From Lama guanicoe (Eukaryota): a DNA stretch of 64,000 bases. Under the pieces are notes generated by a model that saw nothing but the letters and a program-made list of their open reading frames with translations, ran no database searches and was not told the origin of the DNA. The position numbers and the translations under genes were made by a program. The stretch is taken from positions 5,911,824 through 5,975,823 of the forward strand of contig MU054391.1 of NCBI GenBank assembly GCA_013239625.1, in the 5' to 3' direction. Of this stretch, positions 11,421-23,803 are shown piece after piece. Positions within the stretch are counted from its first letter, which is position 1; each line of letters opens with the position of its first letter.

Positions 11421-13450
11421 GCACTCTGCTCTCATTCCCATCGCATATTTATTTTAAACCCCCAGGGCCCGCCTGGTACAGGCCTGGCATGGAGCCAGCC
11501 CTCTTCGAGTAGATGTTGCGTAAACTTTAAAACAAAAAGGAATGTTTCTGTAACCTGTGCTACTAAGGTCATTATTATTTTTATCTTTCACTCAAATCTT
11601 CTCCTCACCAGATTAGTAAGAAAGTCAGCCCCTCCCTCTGCAGTTTCTCCCCTTGCCTGCAAATTGTCCTAAACCTCTCTGGCTTAGCCCAAGCTGGGAT
11701 CTTTGCACCTGCCGACCTCCTGCCGTGTGTTTCTTGCTGCCAACATGGTGTCACTGACAGCCGACCACAGGCCCCTGATTTTGGTGGCGGCCTGGATCTT
11801 GGAATGACTGCCCAGTGCCACACGAAACCACACACCCTTGGGTCTCGTTTGCAGCCACACCCCCAGGCACCAGTTCTATGTGGCGTCCATCAGATGTCAT
11901 CCATCTCTTGAGGACTGAAAATGTCACCGTTCCTTCCCAGGTCCACACCTCACAGAAAAGGCAGCTTTTCCTTTCCAACTCTGGAAACTAAAGCGTTTCA
12001 TCACACCAGAAAACTGAGCGCCACCCACCTATTAAGGTCTGATTTGTTTCCAGGGGGTCCAGATAGCACCGCATCCAAGGTCTAGTTCTGGGGAGAGCAC
12101 TGACCTTCAGAGCCTTGAATGTGATTTACCCTCTCCAACGCAACCAAGAAGGTTTTTCTCCTGCCTAATTATTGCTGGACCAGAAAAAGAACCCCACCCC
12201 CACTCCACATAGGTTAGATCTTCAATGGAACTTCTGGCTACACTTCTTTGACAGCCTTTAGCTTCTCTGGAGTGTTTACGAGTATGCCTCTGCCACCAGA
12301 AACAGCACGTCCTCACTGGTGGAGACCAGATCTTGCCACACAAACACCAGCATCTAGCAGGGGGCCGGATTCACAGCAGCAGGGGCTCAGGAGGTGAGTG
12401 TGGGTTGAAGCGACACACCCCAGGGGCATCCACCCACAGGTGCTATCTCAGCACAGCCCAGAACAGCAGCCCAGCGAGATGTGGCTTCGAGATTTTGGAA
12501 CATCAAAGGGGAGTATCTTGGAAAAGCTGATCTCAGGTGAGGACAGGGAGCCTGAATGGGGCAGGGCCCCTTGGGCAAGAGATTCAAGGCTTAAGAAGGC
12601 ACACATGTGTGGCAGGAGGGCCGGGGTGTGGCTCCTTCTCCAGGAGGACAGACACCAATGGAGCGTGTTTTCTAAATTCCTGGGCTTCATAGCATCTCAG
12701 AGGAACTCGCCACCGCAGAAACTAGGAGACACATCTGTGGCACAGACATCAGTGTGTCATCATCAGTTTTGACTTGGAGACATTCCTTTTCTGTCTCTAT
12801 TTCAGCCACATTCTTCCCCATCTATGAGCGGATTCCACACTCAGCTGTGGAGCAGAAGGTTGCCCTGAGCAACCAAGAGACGGCCTGACGCAGCGCTCAG
12901 CACCCAGTAGGCACTCTGCACATGTTTGGCACAAGAAGCCCTTCCGGGCCCAGCCCTGCCGCCTCCAGGACCAGCACTCCGCCCCACACACAGCACACTC
13001 AGCCCGCCCTCCATCTCTGGGCAGAGAACCTCAGCGCTTCACATCTGGGACATGCTGCTATATTTGGCGAGCTGCCACTCAGAAGACACTTTTCCTGAAT
13101 TCAGGGAATAAAAAAATAAAAATAAAAAGACCTGAGAACAACTGCTGTGACTTCTTAGCTTTGATGAAGTGCATTCACCTTGACATGACATAGACTGTAA
13201 GGACATAAAGAATTTCTTAACACTTTTATCTCATTACGGGTTTTATGAGGTTGCCACTGGAAAGTGCAAGGTATCGTCTTTCTCACTGAACATGTTCCAT
13301 TTTACCAAATTGGTGATGGAAAATTGTAACTGTAAATTAATGATGTAAAATTATAAACATTTTACATCATTAAATTCAAGGCCTGACTTAATGGTAAGAA
13401 AATTTTAACTTCTTTTAAAAGAAGTATTGTATTATTAAAATAGTAATGGC

Positions 13451-13456
13451 TTTAAT
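13451..13456 (-). terminator. Candidate CYS1 poly(A) signal (ATTAAA)
   Basis: tttaat on + = ATTAAA on -, in an AT-rich block (13090-13500) about 1.7 kb past the CYS1 stop. Confidence 0.35.
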
Positions 13457-14459
13457 CTTTATATCAAAAGAAATGGTTTGGGCTTAGATGAGAAATAGCT
13501 CTCTTTGGGGAGGTTCTGAGCGAACCCTGAGAGATGGAAGGTGCTCTGACTCTGAAGTTAAAACCTCCCAGCAGTGGTTCTGATCAAAGGCAGTCTTGTC
13601 AAGTCATAGAGGTTCGTGAAAACAGCCATGTGGCCATTTCGGCCACAGCCCTGTGGGTCTGGGAGCAGTACCAAGTGGCTGGTTCTCGGTCTCTGAGATG
13701 CTCTTGGATTTGCAGGTGATGCCGGGGAGGCCAATATGTTGGTGGCAAACACAAGACGAGCTGAGACCTATTCTGGCTGGGGGGAAGCGACTGTCCCCTC
13801 CATGCCCCCATGTACCGACGTCCTCACCAGCTGCTCCGCGGACCTGGCCTCCCAAATGCTCTGACTGCTCGCCCCCCTGAGCTTTCCCAGAGCAGCCACT
13901 CTGGGCCCAGGGCACAAGCCTGCCTTCCAGTCAGGCTGCGGTTCTCCTTCGGGCCCTGCCTGACTCACGTGACTGGATGGCTAGCCGGCTTTCTCATTTG
14001 TCAGCTCAGAATGTCTTAAGGCTCTCCTGCCTCACGCTGTGATTTGCTACCTTCTCCCGGTGGGAAGAGCAGGTGGCCCTGAAGACCCTTTCCCAGTGGG
14101 GCTGCTGCTCACCCTCAGCAGGGAAGGCAGTCCTGTGCCCCGGGGTGGGGGTGGGGCGAACAGCAGAGACCAGGGAAGCCTGGGATTGTGTCATCCTGGA
14201 TGACCAGAGATGGGAGCGCCTGAAGAGCCTGCAGGACTCACCTTCTAGAGAAGGAAACTGAGGCCCAGAGAGGAGAGTGCCTGCGAGTTAGTGCGACAGG
14301 GAGGATCAGAACTGGGGTCTCCGGCTCCCATGCCACCATACCCACTGCAGGGGCAGGGCCTCTCTCAGGGGAGGTAGGTGGGCTGTGGCTCTGAGCAGCC
14401 TCCAGCGTCGGGGAAGGAAGAGTCAGCCAGGCTTAAAGCTCAGACTGGGATCCAGCAGC

Positions 14460-14572
14460 CGGGGTCTCACCTGGGAGCTGCTTAGAAATGCAGGCTCTCT
14501 GGCCCCCGCCCCAGACCCACAGAATCAGAATCTGCACTTCAACAACATCTCCTGGTAATTCATTTGCAGAAC
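14460..14572. mobile_element. MER5A-like DNA transposon remnant (within the presumed CYS1 3' UTR)
   Basis: tcacctgggagctgcttagaaatgcag...gccccagacccacagaatcagaatctgcacttcaaca, MER5A signature. Confidence 0.75.
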
Positions 14573-15149
14573 TGGGGTTGACCCCCTACAGCTGGGGAGA
14601 GCAGACCTCCTGGGTGTGCCCTCCAGAGGGGAAGCTTCCTGAGATGCTGCAGGACGTGGGTGAGAGGCCCTAGGGCATCCTGTCTGAGCCACACTCAGCT
14701 AATGAGCCTTCTTCGGATCCAGTGGTGAGTGGGTCGTCAGAAAGGGGAAGCATTTCAAGATCCAGGAGAACCTTGTAGACAGGCCCTCTGCAGAGACCAG
14801 GGCGGGGGGCAGGGATCTGGTAGATCAGCTGCCCACGTACCTGTGGGGCGGCACCTGCACCTTCCTTCTGGCCTGGGTCTGCACAGCTGACCACCTCTTG
14901 CCAGCAAGTGTGATGGCCAGTAGCCAGTCACATGCAGGACCGTCTGAATCTGGATTTGAAAAGGCCAGTAGTGAAAGATCCGGGAGGAACTGCATGTTGG
15001 AGATGGCTCAGCTCCAGTGAGCCGCGGGCGGGGCAGGGGGATGTGCGCCCCCAGCCCAGGTTCCTAAGAGCCCCACATCAGGTGGGGCGGGGTCTGGGAG
15101 GAGCGGCGCGTTGGCTGCGGGGTAACTCGCGGCTGCTGCCCTGCCCGGC

Positions 15150-15255
15150 TCAGCTGCAGAACTCCTGCTCGATGCTGGCCATCAGCTCCTCCTCGGACTG
15201 GTCATACGTGATGGCCAACTGCCTCTCGGGCCTTGTGTAGCAGCTGCCTGGGGCT
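15150..15255 (-). CDS. CYS1: Cystin-1 last coding exon (exon 3)
   Basis: Acceptor tttctcacccacag; encodes (E)APGSCYTRPERQLAITYDQSEEELMASIEQEFCS*, similar to the recalled human cystin C-terminus EAPGSGRKKPERPAAISYDHSEEGLMASIEREYCR; syntenic between KLF11 and RRM2. Confidence 0.93.
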
Positions 15256-15499
15256 CTGTGGGTGAGAAACACAGACACAGTGTCAGGAGGTAAGATGGTA
15301 CCTTCCAACTCAGCATCTCTCCTGGACAACCACTGCGGCCCCTGCATGGAACTCTGATCCGTCCTAGTACTCAAACTGAAAACCTTGGCCCTGGGGACAC
15401 TCAGTCTCTTCTGTGAGCAGCCCTTGCCTGAGTCTCTGCTTTTATCTCCCCAGCATTATCCACCTTACCCTGCAACGCAGCCAGGGCCTGCAGTGTGTA

Positions 15500-15650
15500 A
15501 GGGTGAGGGCCCTTGGGGTGGAGAGACCCCGTTTGAATCCCAGCTCTGCCACGAACTAGCTCAGTGACAATTTTTTTTCTCTTAAGTGGGGCTGTATTCC
15601 TAAGTTCATTCTGAGGCATAAATAAGATAATGTGTGTACAGCATGTGACA
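15500..15650 (+). mobile_element. MIR SINE remnant
   Basis: gtttgaatcccagctctgccacgaactagctcagtgac, MIR 5' signature. Confidence 0.6.
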
Positions 15651-17666
15651 CCAAATCTTGCATCCTGCACAGCCCTCAGCAAAGTGAGCTGTGTTGAGAT
15701 ATCCATTTGCCTGACGTATCCCTGCGCCTGCACCCTTGGGGGTCTCACGGGAGCTGCTTCTGCTACAGGACAGGATGGGGCATCGGGACCCTGGCCACCC
15801 TGCAGCCCTCCAGGCAGTGTACCTACCAGCCTGGACCTGGCTGCCCACCTCCTCTCTGGCTTTCTGGACTTTGTTGGGACTTTGGGGTGGTGCTCACAGG
15901 GTGCCCCCAAACTTCCCTGTCCATCAGGCTGCCCCATGGCGGTGGCAACCTGTGCCTGGCCCTGGCCTGGCCCCCAATAGCACCTTTGACAGGTGGGCAG
16001 GTGTGGAGCCTGGGCCAAGTTGGGTGCTACCAGCTGGAGGGGCTGCCTCTGAAGGGGGTGCAAAGCCTGCAGCTCCCGAGACGGTCGGGAGAGTTAGGCC
16101 AGAGCTGCCCACTGTCAGGTACGGGACAGTGACCTCCCTCCTGCCAGCCGGAGACCTGCTGCTGTGTGAGCCTGGGGGCTGGGCTGGACGCTCTCTAGGC
16201 CCATCTGATCACTGCCGTCATGCTCCCGACTGACATTCAGAGAACAGCCTCCAGGATCCTGTCTGTTCTCCCGGGATGCAGAGCTGGAGCTGGACTCTGG
16301 GCCACAGGGCTGTCACCGAGGGGCGTGTGCAACCTAACAGGCCCCCCAGCACCGAACAGGAAGGATGAGGGTCTAACAGTGGGACTCCACCTCCGCATGC
16401 CCAGGAATGACACATGCCGCCTGCACAGCTCCGCTGGGGTCACCAGGCCAGCCCCCTCTTTGTAGTCGGGGAGAAATGCCTTGCCCCTGGCCACACAGTG
16501 ACCTGCCTGCAGCAGATCCTCCTCACCTGCCGCATGGACTCAGCAAGGCCTTTCTCGCCGGGCACCCGACACTCCCTGCAAATGGGACACCGGGGAGAGC
16601 TGGGTAAAGGGGGCAAGGCTGGGAGAAGGAGGCTGACAGGAGTGGCCCCCTGGTTGGCTTTGCAGCCACAGCAGGCAGGGCTCCATTTGGCTTCACGCCA
16701 CCCTGGCCTGTCTGACAGGCAACATTGTGTCTGCCAGCGGCCCTGGGGGAGCCTGGAGACCCAGATGGGGTCTCCCCCTACTTGAGGAGGGAAGCACGAC
16801 ATGAAAAAGGAGGGATGGATACTAAGGAACTGAGGGTCAAGAAATGGATCATTGTTTAAATTATAATTCACTATGTCAGAGATCCCTGAAGTCCTTTATT
16901 TAAAAAAAAAAAAAAAAAAGATCAGTTCTCTCCCAGAAGAGAGAGCTGCAGACCCACGTGCTACATGGGGCCTGAGTCATCTGTGCTGTCTGTTGTGTCT
17001 AGAACTTACTATCCCTTTGACTTTGGGCAGATCACACCTTGGAGCTCAGTCTACTCATTGGGAAGACGGAGGCTGGCCTGGGGCCTGGCTTCCAGGAGGC
17101 ATCCCACCAGCACAGGCAGAATAAATAGCAAGTGAATTTCAGCAGCAGCTACAGACAGAGGCTCCAGAATCCCTGTTTCCCCTCCACAGGCCAGAATTTT
17201 CACAGCTTTCCAAACCTATGATCTCAAGCACCACAGTCACCTACATCCCAGTGACCAGACCACTGTGACCCCATTAGAGATGAGAGAGCCAAGGGCCCAA
17301 GGTCATCGCAGCCCAGCCTCCTGGTGCTGGCTGCTCCTAGGGCCCCAGAATCCTCACGAGGCCCAGGGCCGTGCAGACAGAGAAGGCCTGGCCTCTGGGC
17401 CTGGGGTCCTCAGCTGACACTTTCTGGGAATTTTAAGTGTATTTACCTGCTATCGCTGTGATGAGACAATGGGGGACACCCCTGTCACTCCTCTAGGCTG
17501 TAAACTCCTGAAGGATAAGGACTGTGCCGCATTGACAGATGGGCCACTGCATACAGATGGAACGAGTGAGGGCGGGGGCGGGATGAGAGGATGGGGGAGG
17601 GGGAGGGGAGGCTTGGGGGCAGGGTAGCTGTGACTTCTGCCAGGGATGTGCTTCCCCCATACTTAC

Positions 17667-17722
17667 TCGGAGGAGGCACTGCTGTTCCCTGGGTGGTCTT
17701 CGGTGCTCTGTTTCGGGGACAC
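17667..17722 (-). CDS. CYS1: Cystin-1 coding exon 2
   Basis: Minus strand: cttcctcttgtgcttctcaag|GTG TCC CCG AAA CAG AGC ACC GAA GAC CAC CCA GGG AAC AGC AGT GCC TCC TCC GA|gtaagt = VSPKQSTEDHPGNSSASS(E), cf. human VCAEQSTEGHPGSGNVSE. 56 nt, phase 2, joins exon 3 in frame. Confidence 0.92.
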
Positions 17723-18269
17723 CTTGAGAAGCACAAGAGGAAGAGACATCAGAAGGTTGTCAGTGGTGCAGCTTGCCTTTGCTCTGAGTCTCTGCTGACA
17801 GATGGTGGCCACCGCGTTCAACTCGGGACCAAATAAACCAGAGCTGGGAAGTGGAAAGCCACTGCTCTCTAGTTCACCCACCTGTTTTATGGGGGGAAAG
17901 CTGAGGCTGGGAGAGGGGAGTGACTAACAAAGCTGACACCAAGAGACTCCCTGCCTCCCAGCAGCTACCTGGCCAGCACGCCCCCATCTCTCGCTCTAGG
18001 AGTGGAGGTCTTGATCTCCATCTAAGCGCTGCCTGGCAGCCGGCCCCGCTGCTCTGCTGCACCTCCTCCAAATCCAAGGTGCCCAGATATCACACTACTG
18101 TCAGCAAACTCTTCCAATGGTCTATGCCTGTCCCGTGCCAGCTCCACTGTCTCAGTTACCACAGCTTAGAAGCCTGGACTCCTCCTTGTTCTTTGCACTT
18201 CCATGTATATGTATTGCAGTTAGCTTGTCCCTCTTGGGGATTTTGTTGGGGTTAAATTAATATACAGAT

Positions 18270-19750
18270 CATTTTAGAGGGACTTGTTATCTTTACAATA
18301 ATAAGTCTTCCGATTTATAAACAGGGAATATTTCTGCATTCATTTAGGATTTCTCTAGTGTCTTTTAAGAAGTCTTATCATTTTCCCGGCAGAGAGCATG
18401 CGTGTCTCTTTTTAGACCAGTTCCCAGATACTTGATGTTATCTTTTTCAAAATAAAATTTTACTTTCTACCTGCTTGTTTCTGCATGAAACAATATGCTT
18501 GAAATACACATTGTGTTCATCAGTCTTCCTAAATTCTCTTATTAGTCTTAATAATTTATTTATAGATTCTTTTTGGACTTTCTTTGCTCCTGCTCACATT
18601 ATCTGGAAATAATAGCCATTGGTTTTTCCCTTTCTGGTCCTTATGCATTTTCCCCCAAGCCCTTCTGCACTGGCTAGGACTTCCAGTACTATCTTGAAAA
18701 GAAATTATGATAACAGGCATTTTGGTCTTATTCCTGAATGGAAACAGAAGGTTCCCGTTGTTTCAAAACTAATTCTAGGTCTGCTGTGGCCTCTTCTCAA
18801 GTTCTCAGGATTGAGATCCTTTATCAGACCCTAGTCTCTCTGTGCTGTGTGCAGGTCATTCCTCAGCTCTGTCTTCCAGGGCACTGATCGTGTCTTCACC
18901 TCTCTCTAACCTCCTGTTAACCATCAGCATCTTTAATTTTGTTTATTGTATTTTCCATTTCTACAAGTTCTATTTGGCTCCTTCTAAAACATCCTGGGTC
19001 ACTTTCTAGAGGTCCTTGTCCTTTACAGGTATTTCCCTTAAACAAAATAAACATAGTTGATCATAATCTGTGTCTGGGAATCCAAATAACTGAAGTCTTC
19101 ATTGGTCTACTTTTGTTGTCTATTGTTTTAGTTTTCACTTGGTTCTCTGGGTGGTTGGTGATTTTTTTCATTGTTTGATGCTCATCATCCTTGAAAACTC
19201 TCCGTGACTATTCTCTGAGACCCAGGATGAACAGGACTTCTCCAGAGAGGACATGCATTTGCTTTGTCCAGGCACCAGGGGGCACTCCCGGTCTGGGACC
19301 ACTTGAAATTAAATCCATGCGTTCAGGTGTTGTGGACCACCTAGGTGATGGGAACTGGAGCTACAAACATAAGAGGCAGCTAGATGGAGGCTTTTCTACC
19401 CTCCTGCACTGTTCTGTGCGGTGACACCTTTCCTTGCAGTCCGCTGAGGGTCTTGGATTTTTGAGGAGGGACCTCCTATTAGACCCTTACTTCCATCGGG
19501 CCCTAAATTCTGTTCCCTTCAGTCCTGGACACCATCAGACCCAAAGCGCAAGGTCACCTGAGGCAAACACAACCCACTTTCTCACCTACCTCTCTGGATT
19601 TTGCCTTTCTTGGACCTGGGCTGATAATTCCTCACTATCTCATCAGCTACTTAGCGCTTGAATGACACGCTGACCACATTAAATTTAATCCAGTATATTA
19701 AGTTGTTTTCAGCAGAGGGGTTTGTCTGATAACTTTCCTCACCGTGTTCC
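18270..19750 (-). mobile_element. Degraded ancient L1 (L1ME-like) fragments
   Basis: atctttacaataataagtcttccgatt...tgcactggctaggacttccagtacta...ggcattttggtcttattcctga, antisense L1 ORF2-like, followed by further degraded L1-like sequence. Confidence 0.55.
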
Positions 19751-19899
19751 CCAATGTAAGTCACGTGAGGGCATTGTGGATACCAGCCTTGGACCCATGA
19801 AGCTGAGCAAGGCCACAGCCCAGCTGGATGTCACCCTACCTTGTGCACAAGACCCCCCACTGGCACAAGCAGAGCCCTAGAGGATAGAGTGCAGCTGTC

Positions 19900-20175
19900 C
19901 AGAACCCAGTCTTCAAGGAGCTCACAGCTCATGGGGAGAGATAGAAAAATGAAATGCAATGCCAGGTGATAAATTCTGTAACCGAGTTATAAAGTGCTGG
20001 GAGAGCCAGTGGGAGGGAAAACCAACTCCCACTGTGGAAAAAACATCATCGGAGGCTGCCAAGAAGAGTGACAACAGTGACACTTAAGCTGGAGTTCTGA
20101 AAGATTAGAGGTTTACCAGGTGGAAAGGAGTGGAAGGGCACATCAGTAAGGAACAGCACATGCAAATGCAGAGAG
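19900..20175 (-). mobile_element. L2 fragment
   Basis: cttcaaggagctcacagctcatgggg...gacacttaagctggagttctgaaaga...gaacagcacatgcaaa. Confidence 0.6.
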
Positions 20176-20969
20176 TCGTCGAAGAAGTATTTATTTATCA
20201 ACTGCTACAAGCCCTGCCATGTGCCGTGTTCTATTACCCATAGAGGATAGGATCCCTGGCCAGAGCAGCTCACAGCTGGGCAGGAAAAACTAGCACAATG
20301 ACACTACTGGAGAAGAACCCAGGGCCAGACCCTGTGGCATGAGCTACAAGTGCTGCAGGTCATCAGACACCGTGGTTAAGATGACAAATCAAACCCACAC
20401 TCCTGCTTCGCGCTTTCACCCCAAATCCTTGGGAATGACAGAAGAGGTCGTGAGCAAACAAACAAACAAACAAAACAAACCCCACGAATCTCTAACAGTA
20501 CTGCAGAACCAGAGAGTAGGAGGGGGGATGATGGAAGACAGTCTGGGCTAGATTGATGGAGGAGACCACAGCCCCCAACACACACAGGAGGGGACTACTG
20601 GACAAAGCAGCAGCTTTGGGGCTCCAAGTTCAGAGGTGACGGATGCTGGAGCAGTAGAAGGCCTTGGGGCAAGGGTCAGAGAAGAGGGATCTGCTTGTGC
20701 GAAGGGCAGGGCACGGAGGCATGTCCCCCAGGCTGGGGCAGGAGCGGCAGGGTAGCACGGGTGGCCGCTGACACCAGGAAGCAGAGGAAACTGTTCCCAG
20801 GCCACTGACGATGGCCACACCCCCCAGGAGCACATCCTGACCCTCCTCCAGGACAAGTGGAGGCAGGAACCCAACTCATCCATTCAAAGAATTAAACCTG
20901 AGAAAAGAGTTATCAGAGCAGACTAAAGTGACTTTAAAAGGAGAATGATTCATAACCTCAGCCAAACAT

Positions 20970-21009
20970 GAATAAGCTGTTGTGAAGAATAAGCTGTTGT
21001 GAAGAATAA
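20970..21009. repeat. Perfect 17-bp tandem duplication
   Basis: gaataagctgttgtgaa x2 (20970-20986, 20987-21003) plus partial gaataa. Confidence 0.95.
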
Positions 21010-21174
21010 CCAGCTAAAGATTTTGGAAATGACACATATGATGGAAGAAAGTAAAATCTCAGTAGATGGTCTGAGTAGTAAACTAGACACAGCTGAAGAG
21101 AAAATCAATTACCTGGAAGATCAAAGTGAGAGATCCTCTCTGGAGGCAGCACAAAAAGACAAAGAAATGGGAGA
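20999..21174 (+). mobile_element. Old L1 ORF1 coiled-coil remnant
   Basis: Translation KNNQLKILEM...SVDGLSSKLDTAEEKINYLED resembles the L1 ORF1p heptad region. Confidence 0.7.
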
Positions 21175-21256
21175 ACATCAGACTTTGACACAATTTGAAA
21201 ACCGACTATACTTCAATAAAAATAAACAAAAATAAAGTTATCTCACAGGTTAAAAA
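21175..21256 (+). mobile_element. Very short 5'-truncated lineage-specific L1 3' end with TSD
   Basis: ttgacacaatttgaaaaccgactatacttcaataaaaa + A-rich tail, flanked by perfect 14-bp aaagaaatgggaga (21161-21174, 21257-21270). Confidence 0.75.
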
Positions 21257-22564
21257 AAAGAAATGGGAGAGAGAAAATACAAACCCTAAATAAACTATTC
21301 ATCAATAGTCTTATTCTGACTTATTCTGCAGGCACTGGGGAGGGTTAAATGTTTTGGTTTTTTCCTTTTACTAGTAGAGCAACATAAACTTTCCCATCGT
21401 GCTCCCTCCACACAGAACCCTATGCTGCCAGTAGACAGGATCGGGCTTTTGCCCCCAGAGGAAACTGCTTGCATTCTCTCCAAATCCTCTTTTAAAGTCT
21501 CCCTCCATCCTCCGATTCTGAGGCTTAGTCCCAGGGATTAATCAATCACTGGGTGTTTACTCAGCACCCCGGTGTGCCCAGCGCTGCGTCAGCTGCCATG
21601 GGGATACATACACCCTCTGCTCTCAAGGGGCAATGTCACTAGAGCAGTAGGTCTCAGACACATTAACAATCAGCAAAATAACAGGAGCCCAGAGTCAGGG
21701 GCTTTAAACACCTATATAGCCACAGAGGGGTGGCGGGATGACAGTCCTGAGCGAGAATTCTGAAAAGGACAGATTCAGCTCTGCCCCAGCAGCGGTGTGA
21801 TTTGGGCAGCATCCCTAACCTTTCTACGCAGCAGTTTTCTCATCTGCAAAACAAGTTTACTGTGAGATTTTGAACGTGATTACCAAGTGTTTGGCACTTA
21901 ATAAGTGTTCACTAAATATCAGCTATTGTCATTTCTGTCACATGCCATCTTATATGCTCTGCTGTCTCTAATAACGTGTGAACATTAGTTAATCCTCCCC
22001 AACAAGACTTTTTTACCCCCCAGGCTTACCAGTCCCAAGCTGGGCACATAAAAAACACGAAATCGTTCCTGAATTGACCTGAATGTCAAGCTGACGGGTA
22101 GCTATAACCTTGGTTTATCTATATAACAGTTGGCATAACAGAGTAAAAACAGCATAACACGGAAAAGGGTTCAGATATCAGTTCTGCCATTTAATAAAGG
22201 TGTGCCTTTGGGTGAGCTGCGAGGCTCTGTGAGCCTGGGTTTACGCATCTGTGTAACAGGGACTTGGCCTTCAGGGCAGCAGTGAGATTGTCTGTCTGTC
22301 TGTCTGTCTGATCCTTAATATAATGCCTGTTGTGTAAGTGACCAGTAAACACCACTGTGGACATCTGAACCAACGTCTGGTCCAGAGCAGCCTCTGACAC
22401 GGCCCTGCTAGAAGATAACCCGCAAGCATAAAGGCGAGAGCCAGGGAAGGTCTTGGTCTTCGAGGCATGAGGGATTCCAGAACAGCATTTTCTTCCCTGA
22501 GAAACCAGTTCTGCCCTGTTTCTAGGGAAGCATTAGTGACTGGTGGTAAACAAAAGCAAGCCGA

Positions 22565-22610
22565 CCCTGGGTGTCCTGCCACACAAGCCCTGGGTGTCCT
22601 GCCACACAAG
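22565..22610. repeat. Perfect 23-bp tandem duplication
   Basis: ccctgggtgtcctgccacacaag x2. Confidence 0.95.
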
Positions 22611-23009
22611 CGGGGTGGGCTGTGGAAGCCAGCCAGCTGCTGCGATGCTTGCACACGCTGGCTGCTTAGCAAAGCAGGGCCTCCTCCCAAGGACGCCCGC
22701 AGAGCTGGCGGGGGCTGCTGGCGGCTGGTGGCCCTGCGGCGGGGAGTCAGTATTCAGGGCATCCTTCTGTGAATACTCACTGTGCCTTTGGGGAGTGTGA
22801 AGATGAAGAGGAGATGACTCCCAGGTCAGCAAGGAGTGTGCAGGGGGCAGAGGGACAGAAAGTGGGCATGGGTGATGAAGGCAGGAGAGGAGGGCCAGAC
22901 ACACGCACACACACGTGTCCACACACACTCACCTCCACCGCCTCCTGAAGCAGCCCATTCCAGCTCGGGCAGCTCAGACTACCTGACAATTCTTTTTAAT
23001 TTCTTTTTA

Positions 23010-23520
23010 TTTAAAAGAAAATTAATTGTGGTAAGAATACACATAACCTAAAATGTACCATCTTAACCATTTTTAAGTGTACAATTTGGTATTAAGTACA
23101 TTCATGTTGTGCAAGCAATCTCACAAACTCTTTTCATCTTGCAAGACTGAATTTCTGCCCCCATTAAACAAGTCTCACCCCCGAGCCCCTAGCAGCCATC
23201 ATTCTCCTTTCTGTTCTATGAATCCTGCTCCTTTAGACACCTCACCTGAGTGGAATCTACAATGTTTGTCCACCTTTGTCTGGTTTATTTCACTCAGCGT
23301 AACTCCCTCAAGGTTCATCCATGTTGTAGCCTGTGTCAGAGTTTCCTTCCTCTTCAAAGCTGAATAATATTCCACTGTATGTATATACCGTGTTTTGTTT
23401 ATCCATTCATCTGTCAAGGGACACTTGGGTTGCTTCCACTTTTTAGCTATTGTGAACAATGCTCCTATAGACACAGGGGCACAGATTTCTCTCTGAGATT
23501 CTGCTTTTAATTCTCTAGGG
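23010..23520 (-). mobile_element. L1MB-like 3' end
   Basis: Antisense ORF reads FTIAKKWKQPKCPLTDEWINK...EYYSALKRKE...WMNLE...LSEI, the L1 ORF2 C-terminus. Confidence 0.9.
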
Positions 23521-23756
23521 GACACAGGGAAGTTCTCTCATGTTATATTGACACCAACGTGCCTCCCTGTAGTTTTCAGTCACTGGGCGTGGTTATAGTC
23601 TCAGAGACAACATAGAAGAAAAGTAATACTTTTATTACCCGACCATCCTCCAGCTATTTTTTATGAAGTCATCCAGTAGGGACGCTAGTTCCCTCTTGTG
23701 TGTTTCTGCCGGAACCAGCTTTTGCTATCACCCGCAGGGGCTTTTTCTTTCATCAC

Positions 23757-23803
23757 CAGATTTTGTAAGTGTTGTTGCAGATTTTGTAAATGTTGTTACA
23801 GAT
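23757..23803. repeat. 21-bp tandem duplication
   Basis: cagattttgtaaRtgttgttR x2 plus cagat. Confidence 0.9.

Noticed and set aside
10480..11672. Dense overlapping ORFs of 88-175 aa in the orphan CpG island
   Set aside because: Expected from stop-codon scarcity in GC-rich DNA; Pro/Arg/Gly-rich, with no recognisable domain or splice pattern.
15401..16871. Overlapping ORFs up to 220 aa in CYS1 intron 2
   Set aside because: GC-rich intron with ORFs on both strands and no recognisable homology; the longest runs into a MIR.
23199..23525. 108-aa ORF and similar ORFs at 20999, 46601, 51348-51919 and 55044
   Set aside because: Translations of decayed L1 ORF1/ORF2 fragments, not host genes.
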